Source: an uncultured virus (IMG/VR IMGVR_UViG_3300025789_000022) (taxonomy: Duplodnaviria > Heunggongvirae > Uroviricota > Caudoviricetes). Taken from it: 64,000 nucleotides of DNA. Positions within the stretch are counted from its first letter, which is position 1. Every line of letters starts with the position of its first letter. The notes under the pieces are model-generated. The model had not been told where the DNA came from and did no database searches. It saw only the letters and a list, made by a program, of their open reading frames with translations. This document shows, in pieces, positions 57,323 through 64,000 of the stretch. A program made the position numbers and the translations under genes. The stretch lies in IMG/VR virus record IMGVR_UViG_3300025789_000022. One strand, written 5' to 3'.

Positions 57323-59314
57323 ATGGCAGTAATCGGTAAAATCGGCGGAAATATGTTGAAGGACAACCTTCTCCGATTTAATGTTGACCTTATTATTGAT
57401 GGCAATTTAATGTATTATGATACCAATAACCGTCGTGTTGGTATCCTTAACAACACACCAGGCAACACTTTTTCAGTAAATGGCACGACCACACTAGGCA
57501 ATGTTTTCATAAACAATAACACTGTTGCTGCAACAACGGGTAATTTGTTCTTATATTCTTATAGTGGTAATATTGATGCTAGTAATCAACGTATTGGAAA
57601 TATCGCTACTCCAATCTATACAAATGATGCTGCTACAAAAGCATATGTTGATACTACCATTGGCAATGACCTATTTGGTAATCTGATACAACTTGGACCA
57701 AACACCAGTGGACAACTGGTTAGTAATGCAGTCACGTTAACAACTACAACGTTTGTTACAGATGGTATTGCAAAACTTAATCAAGTATTGGGTAAACTTG
57801 TTCCTCCTTCACCTGGCAACTTTCCAAACGGCAGCGCACTAAGTTTAAGTGGGTTATCTACACTAGGTCGTATGTGTAACTTTACGCAAACTGACAACAG
57901 TGGATGGGGCAATCTTAGTATAAGTGGTGGCACAAGTTTCTCTAATGGTATTCGTGCTGCAACCATGACTACTAATACTTTCTCACGTCAGGGACCAGGT
58001 GATAGTGGAAACGTTCAGGTTATCGTGAATGGTGTTGCGACAGGTTATCGTGTTATGTCACCTGGCAATAATAATAACGGAACATATGGTCAACTTATTA
58101 TTACCGCAAACCAAGATTATGGACCATTGAGTGGCAGTGCTAGCGGATTCTGGAGTAGTTTTAGTGCACAGGGCAGTGGTTCTAACGCAGCAGCGGGATG
58201 GAACCAAGTATATCTAACAGACACTGGTGGTGCAAACACCAATGCCGCAAGTTGGTACTATGATATCAATAATCCAGGCGCACCCGTATGGAGTAATAGT
58301 AGTCTTGCATTAACAACCAATAGCGCAACATACAGCAGCACCGTTCCACATCTTAACAGTAGTTCGGTGTGGCGTTTGGTTGGAAACGTTGCTAAACTTA
58401 GTGGTGATACATACTATACAAGTGATACATTTATAACTGGTGCTGCGGGTGGAGCAATCTCTACACCAAGCAGCGTAACTTATACACAAGCGGGTGTTAC
58501 AACACCACTTGTACGTAACTCTTATGTTAGTAGTGGAAGTGCATACTTCACTACAACTGCGGCAGGTGTTACTGGATTTGGCAGCAGCAGTGGCGGACCA
58601 AGCATGACTGTATTCAACAGTTATAGTACGGCTGCACAATCATTTACACCTGGTGTAACAGTTCTTTATAAAACTGGCACTACTACGCAAATTGAAGAAA
58701 CAAGTTTAACAAACTCAATCACAGGCACACCAAGCACATTTCGTATTTCAAATCCTGGTGCTACTGATACACCTGTTTATACTGGTAGTGAGGCGGCATT
58801 TAATAGTCAAACTGGACCATTTTATACATATGATGCAACAGTCGTTGCTGCTGTTCTTAAGTTTGACCAGACAAATTATAGTACAGGTTATCAACCAGTT
58901 GGTCCTAACTTAAGTGGACAAGGAGCAAGTCAATACTTTACATTTAAGTTTGCTAAGTCTGCATTAAGTAAATTTGACATTGTGTATAGTGGAACTATTG
59001 CAGGTCTTTGGGTTGCTCTACCTGGTTCAACGCTAGATAGCACAAGTACCCTAAACGGTTGGTTAGATTTAAGTTCTGCCTATGGTGGTGCTGGTAAACC
59101 TGGCGCAAATACAGGTGCTGGTGGTAATGGAAGCAATGGCGCAAGTACAGGTGGCACTGCAACGCTTAATAGTGCAGTATCAAATAAGGCAGTAACTGCT
59201 ACATTTGGTACAGAAACATCTACAAATAGTACTGGCAATGAAATTTATGTTCGTATTAAATTAACAAGTGGTCAAAGCGTGACTGCTCTTAGCATAGGAG
59301 CAGCGTCACACTAA
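57323..59314 (+). CDS. Virion structural/tail fibre protein
   Basis: 'DAATKAYVD' fibre motif; G/S/T-rich; late promoter upstream. Confidence 0.65.
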   Translation: MAVIGKIGGNMLKDNLLRFNVDLIIDGNLMYYDTNNRRVGILNNTPGNTFSVNGTTTLGNVFINNNTVAATTGNLFLYSYSGNIDASNQRIGNIATPIYTNDAATKAYVDTTIGNDLFGNLIQLGPNTSGQLVSNAVTLTTTTFVTDGIAKLNQVLGKLVPPSPGNFPNGSALSLSGLSTLGRMCNFTQTDNSGWGNLSISGGTSFSNGIRAATMTTNTFSRQGPGDSGNVQVIVNGVATGYRVMSPGNNNNGTYGQLIITANQDYGPLSGSASGFWSSFSAQGSGSNAAAGWNQVYLTDTGGANTNAASWYYDINNPGAPVWSNSSLALTTNSATYSSTVPHLNSSSVWRLVGNVAKLSGDTYYTSDTFITGAAGGAISTPSSVTYTQAGVTTPLVRNSYVSSGSAYFTTTAAGVTGFGSSSGGPSMTVFNSYSTAAQSFTPGVTVLYKTGTTTQIEETSLTNSITGTPSTFRISNPGATDTPVYTGSEAAFNSQTGPFYTYDATVVAAVLKFDQTNYSTGYQPVGPNLSGQGASQYFTFKFAKSALSKFDIVYSGTIAGLWVALPGSTLDSTSTLNGWLDLSSAYGGAGKPGANTGAGGNGSNGASTGGTATLNSAVSNKAVTATFGTETSTNSTGNEIYVRIKLTSGQSVTALSIGAASH

Positions 59315-61065
59315 TGGCTATTTCAGATACACAGAAAGTAGACTATCTCTTTAAGAAAGTTGGTTATACTCTAGCCAAAACAGATACGGCTACTGCAAAA
59401 AGTCCTGCAAACGAAAGTATTGCAAGTCCACTTATTACTCGTGGCGATTATGTTTGGCAACAAAGTAATTCTATACCTACAGTTATACCTAGCGCAAATA
59501 GCAGTGTCATTACAATTTATAGTGATGCGCTAAGTGATACTGTTAAGACAACAGTTGATGGTACTTCAACAGCAAACCGTACTTGGCTAACAGGTTTAAC
59601 AAACTGGATTGATCCAAGTTTTGGTTCTACCTATCAGGTAAAAGTATATGTAGTTGAGAGTGCAACTTCTAACCCACAAACCGTTGGTTATCAGATGTCT
59701 GCTGACGGCAGCGGCAATAATGACAGTTGGTACTTTGACTACAGCAGCGGTGTTCTAAACTTTCCAGATACAAATCTACCATATTATGCTAACGGGGTAG
59801 CAGTATCATTTACTGGTAAAAGTATATTTGTAAGCGGCGCAAGATACACAGGTGCAACTGGTTTAGCAAATATTGCGTTACAGACTGCATATAGTAACAC
59901 TGTTACCTTTGGTAATACAGTAACATTTAACAGCAATGTTTATGCAAATACAAATATTCAGGCAAACGCAAATGTCACAATAAACAACAACCTAACCGTA
60001 AATGGCAACATTACAACTGGAAATTTGAATACTTCTGGAAATGTTACAGCATATAGATTTTATGGTGATGGCAGTCAACTTAGTGGTGTTAGTAGTTATA
60101 GTAATGCTAATGTGGCTAGTTATTTGCCATTATACGGTGGAAATATCAGTGCTTATAACGTAAATGCTAACATTTATACATCTAGCATTAGTGCTTCAAG
60201 TGCTAATGCAAACATATTCATTACGCCTGGTGCAAATGGTTATGTTAGTGTAAACACAAATACTGCATTTCAAGTTCCAGTTGGAACTAATTCAAGTTAT
60301 CCTCCAATAAATCGTGTTGGTATGTTACGTTGGAACAGTGATTTAGGTTATCTTGAAGTTTATACTGGCATAAAATGGGAAGCAGTTGGTATTGAAGGTG
60401 GTACAGTAAATGTAGTAAGTGATGTGTTTACAGGTGATAACAGCACAACTACTTTTAACTTAAGTCAAAATAACACAACAAGTGGAACATTAGTTTCAAT
60501 CAACGGTGTAATTCAATTGCCAACTACAAGTTATACAGTTAGTGGAAACGTACTAACACTTAATGAAGCACCTGTATCAACTGATATTATAGAAGTTCGT
60601 CAATATGTTCCAAGCACAACCATTGGTTCAATAACTAATGGCAATGCTTCACTTGCAATGACTACTGTTGGAAACCTTGCAACTGCAAAGTTTGTCAATG
60701 ATGGGTTGACAACTATGACAGTTGACAGCACAAAAATAATACAAAGTGTTCCCGTTGTTGTTTCCTCTCCAAATATTTCAGTAAACTCTACAACTGCTCA
60801 AATTGACGCATTTAGTCCAACACTTTACCGAACAGCAAAGTATATTGTAAGTTGCGCCAACTATGGCAATAATTATTTTCAAAGCAGTGAAGCATTGGTT
60901 GTCCACGATGGTACAAATGTTGTTGTTACTACATATGGCGTTGTTTCTACAAGCACACAGTTGTTTACATTAAGTGCAAACATCTATAACTCTAATGTTT
61001 CACTGTGGGCAACTACTGGCAGTACTAATAATATTAAAGTAAGCGCCACTTATATCACTGTTTGA
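59314..61065 (+). CDS. Virion structural/tail fibre protein
   Basis: TAATG-coupled; shares 'YSNANVASYLP' with the 46979 gene. Confidence 0.65.
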   Translation: MAISDTQKVDYLFKKVGYTLAKTDTATAKSPANESIASPLITRGDYVWQQSNSIPTVIPSANSSVITIYSDALSDTVKTTVDGTSTANRTWLTGLTNWIDPSFGSTYQVKVYVVESATSNPQTVGYQMSADGSGNNDSWYFDYSSGVLNFPDTNLPYYANGVAVSFTGKSIFVSGARYTGATGLANIALQTAYSNTVTFGNTVTFNSNVYANTNIQANANVTINNNLTVNGNITTGNLNTSGNVTAYRFYGDGSQLSGVSSYSNANVASYLPLYGGNISAYNVNANIYTSSISASSANANIFITPGANGYVSVNTNTAFQVPVGTNSSYPPINRVGMLRWNSDLGYLEVYTGIKWEAVGIEGGTVNVVSDVFTGDNSTTTFNLSQNNTTSGTLVSINGVIQLPTTSYTVSGNVLTLNEAPVSTDIIEVRQYVPSTTIGSITNGNASLAMTTVGNLATAKFVNDGLTTMTVDSTKIIQSVPVVVSSPNISVNSTTAQIDAFSPTLYRTAKYIVSCANYGNNYFQSSEALVVHDGTNVVVTTYGVVSTSTQLFTLSANIYNSNVSLWATTGSTNNIKVSATYITV

Positions 61066-61111
61066 TGTCTAACCATATAACTGTATAAATATCATTAACG
61101 GAGATTTATCT

Positions 61112-62965
61112 ATGAGTTATACGATTACCCATGCAAACGGTGCAAATGCTATTGTTATTGCGGATGGTACCATTAATAACAGCACAAGCATTACGCTTGT
61201 TGGAAAAAATACACCAAACTATGGTCAGTACCTAGATCAAAATTTCCTTAATATGCTTGAAAACTATGCAAATAGTTCACAGCCAGTTAGTCCAATCACT
61301 GGACAAATTTGGTATGATAGCACACATGCGGTTCTGAAAGTATATACTGGCAGTGTGTTCAAAAATATCAACGCAGCAACTGCAAGTAATAATCAACCAC
61401 TTAATCCTGTTTTGGGTGATCTATGGTTTGATACCGTAAACCAACAACTTAACTGTTATAATGGCACTGCATGGGTTATCATTGGACCAATAGGCGGCGC
61501 TGGTCAGGTTGCAAGTGAAGTTCTTACCGATACTGGTGCTGGAAGTCATAATGTTATTTCTTTTAAAATCAGTAATACTCGCTATGCTATTTTAAGTAAA
61601 GACCAATTTTTTACACCAAGTCCAGGTATCAGTGGTTTTACATCACCTGGCATCTATCCTGGTTTAAATATCGCAAGTACTGCTTTCGTTTCTAACAACC
61701 GTTTTGTGGGAACTGCTACTAATGCTGATGCTCTTGGCAGCGTTACTGCCGCTAACTTTATGCGAGCAGACCAGAATACAAGTACTGCTGGTACGCTACA
61801 GATTACAAATAACAGCGGTCTACTAGTAGGAACTGGTAGTGCAACTGGTCAGTTAGATATCTACAGTAATCAATTTTTAATTGAAAACATTACAAATAAT
61901 GGTCCAATCAGATTAGTAACTCGTAATAGTAGTGGTGGCACAGTAAATGCAATAGACGTACTTGCCAATGCGGATGTTAAAGTATATGGAAACTTAATTG
62001 TTGCTGGTAACCTTGACGTTGTAACAAGTAATGAAAATGCACTTATCAGTGGCGTTGCTGCAAGTTATAATACAACAAGTGGTGCGATGCAAGTAGTAGG
62101 TGGTATTGGTATTGGTGGTAACATTAATACTGGTGGATCACAAAATACATTTAGTGGAAATGTCACAGTTGCTAATCTAAGTGCAGTTGGCGGTAATGTT
62201 TATGCAAGTTATGTAAATGCTGGAACTATTGGTAACAGCGGTGCTTATCTAACAGGAACCATTACAACTGCAGCACAAAATGCAATTACAAGTATTGGTA
62301 CATTAACTGGATTGCAAGTAAGTGGTGCTGCTGGTTTTACTGGTGGTAGCGTAACATTTAACCCAACTAGTTCTTATAAATTAAGCCTTGGTACTGTTGG
62401 AAATGTGCAAATAAGTGGTGGAACGGCGAGTCAATGGTTACAAACAGATGGCAATGGTAATCTAAGTTGGCAAACTATTTTTATTCCAGTTGGTGCTACT
62501 GCAAGTGCTGGTCAAGTAGGTATCTATTCAAACGCAAGTTATATTACTGGTAATTCAAGTATAACATTTAATGGTGCAAACTTAGCAGTTACTGGTGGTA
62601 TTACCGCAACTGGTGATATCACGGCATTTGCATCTGATGCAAGATTAAAAACTAATATTGCTACTATACCACAGGCTTTGGATAAGGTCAAGCAAATTAG
62701 TGGTGTTATATATAATTGGAATGATATTGCTACTCAATTTGGTATTGGTGATAGTAGCGAACATGCTGGTGTGTTAGCACAGGAAGTTCAAAGTGTTCTT
62801 CCACAAGTAGTGCGACAAGCACCGTTTGATATTGCGCCAGATGGCAGTAGTAAGAGTGGTGAGCATTATTTAACAGTGCAATATGACAAGATTATACCGC
62901 TGCTAATTGAAGCAATCAAAGAACTTAGTGCAGAGGTTGAGGCATTAAAAGCAAGAGGTAGTTAA
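61112..62965 (+). CDS. Tail fibre with C-terminal intramolecular chaperone (peptidase S74-like)
   Basis: 'ASDARLKTNI...GVLAQEVQ...YDKIIPLLIEAIKEL'. Confidence 0.85.
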   Translation: MSYTITHANGANAIVIADGTINNSTSITLVGKNTPNYGQYLDQNFLNMLENYANSSQPVSPITGQIWYDSTHAVLKVYTGSVFKNINAATASNNQPLNPVLGDLWFDTVNQQLNCYNGTAWVIIGPIGGAGQVASEVLTDTGAGSHNVISFKISNTRYAILSKDQFFTPSPGISGFTSPGIYPGLNIASTAFVSNNRFVGTATNADALGSVTAANFMRADQNTSTAGTLQITNNSGLLVGTGSATGQLDIYSNQFLIENITNNGPIRLVTRNSSGGTVNAIDVLANADVKVYGNLIVAGNLDVVTSNENALISGVAASYNTTSGAMQVVGGIGIGGNINTGGSQNTFSGNVTVANLSAVGGNVYASYVNAGTIGNSGAYLTGTITTAAQNAITSIGTLTGLQVSGAAGFTGGSVTFNPTSSYKLSLGTVGNVQISGGTASQWLQTDGNGNLSWQTIFIPVGATASAGQVGIYSNASYITGNSSITFNGANLAVTGGITATGDITAFASDARLKTNIATIPQALDKVKQISGVIYNWNDIATQFGIGDSSEHAGVLAQEVQSVLPQVVRQAPFDIAPDGSSKSGEHYLTVQYDKIIPLLIEAIKELSAEVEALKARGS

Positions 62966-62967
62966 CA

Positions 62968-64000
62968 ATGCCATCTGTAGCAGGCGTCGCAGGCAATGCA
63001 CTACCTTTTAGCGGTCCTCTTGATTTAGCATCTATAAATGCAGAGTGGGGGTTGGGTGCAGACCTCACGCAATATCACGGTGTTAAATGGTATTATGATG
63101 GAAATCTTACTTTTGGTTATTTCAGCAGCGGTGTAAACTCAATAAAAATAAGTGATTTTTATGGAAAACGTGCAACTGACCCTGCTAGCGGCGGCGCATA
63201 TTTTGCAAATGTCAGTGGTAGTTTTTCTGTTCCGCTATATCGCAATAGTATTACCATAGAGATATGGGGCGCAGGTGGCGGCGGTGGCAGTGGTAATGGC
63301 GGTGGTGGTGGCAAAGGTGGTGATAGCAGTGCATTGGGTGTCATTACTGGGGGTGGTGCTGGTGGTGGCTCTGGCTCTATTCCTGTTCCTCCTCCACCAT
63401 TAGATACAGCTACAAGTGGCAGCGGAGGACGAGAAACAGTAGAAAGTATCAGTTATGTAGGTGGTGCCTATGGCATTCAAGGACAGACTGTTACATCTGT
63501 AAACGGTGTTGTTACTGGAACGGTTAGTTGGGGTGGAGTTGGTACGGTATCAGTTCAAGTTGGTGATCCTGCACCAAGTTCAGAACCGTCTACTTGTTTT
63601 GTTGCTGGTACTCCTGTTATGATGTATGATAGAACTTATAAATCAATTGAACAAATAAAAGTTGGTGACAGGGTTATGGGTGCATTTGGTGAAATAAACA
63701 CTGTTTTGCTATTGCGTCATACATTTATTGGTAATAGATACATGTATATGGTAAATGATGAACATTTAACAACTGAAGACCATATGCATGTTTCTTCTGA
63801 TAAAAAGTTTTATAGTTTTAATCCTGAAAGACAGAAAAAATCTTGGAATAAATGGTTACCTGTTTTAGACCAAACAGGCAAAGAAATTGAATATTTTAAT
63901 TTAGGATTTGAGTTGGATAGACTTAATAAATTAGAATTAGGTATAGAATTACAAACAGTAAATGGTGGTAAAAGATTAGTCACTGCAGAAAAATTAACCT
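62968..64000 (+). CDS. Glycine-rich fibre-tip/adhesin-like protein with Hint domain (truncated at window edge; not in ORF track)
   Basis: MPSVAGVAGNALPFSGPL...ISDFYGK...WGAGGGGG; 'CFVAGTPVMM...IEQIKVGDRV' begins at 63595 (Cys210); 'LTTEDH' block. Confidence 0.8.
   Translation, partial: MPSVAGVAGNALPFSGPLDLASINAEWGLGADLTQYHGVKWYYDGNLTFGYFSSGVNSIKISDFYGKRATDPASGGAYFANVSGSFSVPLYRNSITIEIWGAGGGGGSGNGGGGGKGGDSSALGVITGGGAGGGSGSIPVPPPPLDTATSGSGGRETVESISYVGGAYGIQGQTVTSVNGVVTGTVSWGGVGTVSVQVGDPAPSSEPSTCFVAGTPVMMYDRTYKSIEQIKVGDRVMGAFGEINTVLLLRHTFIGNRYMYMVNDEHLTTEDHMHVSSDKKFYSFNPERQKKSWNKWLPVLDQTGKEIEYFNLGFELDRLNKLELGIELQTVNGGKRLVTAEKLT

Noticed and set aside
1..64000. Stop-codon reassignment
   Set aside because: Core genes are full length under the standard code, with dense coding and no fragmentation.

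Overview
This 64 kb window is from a large, AT-rich, T4-superfamily-like myophage. It covers most of the virion morphogenesis region plus a small recombination/late-transcription block. The minus strand (1-25.6 kb) carries baseplate genes: a >4,400-codon structural ORF that runs off the left edge and is absent from the ORF track, then gp6-, gp25-, gp5/VgrG-, gp27-, gp53- and tube-initiator-like genes. The plus strand carries gp55 late sigma, gp47/gp46, a Holliday-junction resolvase and two low-GC accessory cassettes. The first cassette has a radical SAM enzyme and an oxygenase-like gene. The second has a PP-loop ATPase, TctA/TctC-like transporter genes and a 2OG-Fe(II) oxygenase. Then come a tape-measure-like gene, portal, protease, scaffold, major capsid and tail-fibre genes, one with a Hint domain. 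The most interesting unannotated signals are five. (1) A ~480-bp non-coding locus (36680-37160) with a pseudoknotted structured RNA, phased direct repeats, an AT-rich tract and GCGAAGC/primosome-site-like hairpins, a candidate RNA-primed replication origin. (2) A switch-like small RNA at 32690-32780 that shares an 11-mer with that locus, the two bracketing the PP-loop/Tct cassette. (3) A T TTT TTC -1 frameshift fusing the gp26-like chaperone to the next ORF. (4) A systematic leaderless promoter architecture. (5) An unlisted DUF1127 small gene. All assignments come from reading motifs by eye; no database searches were run.
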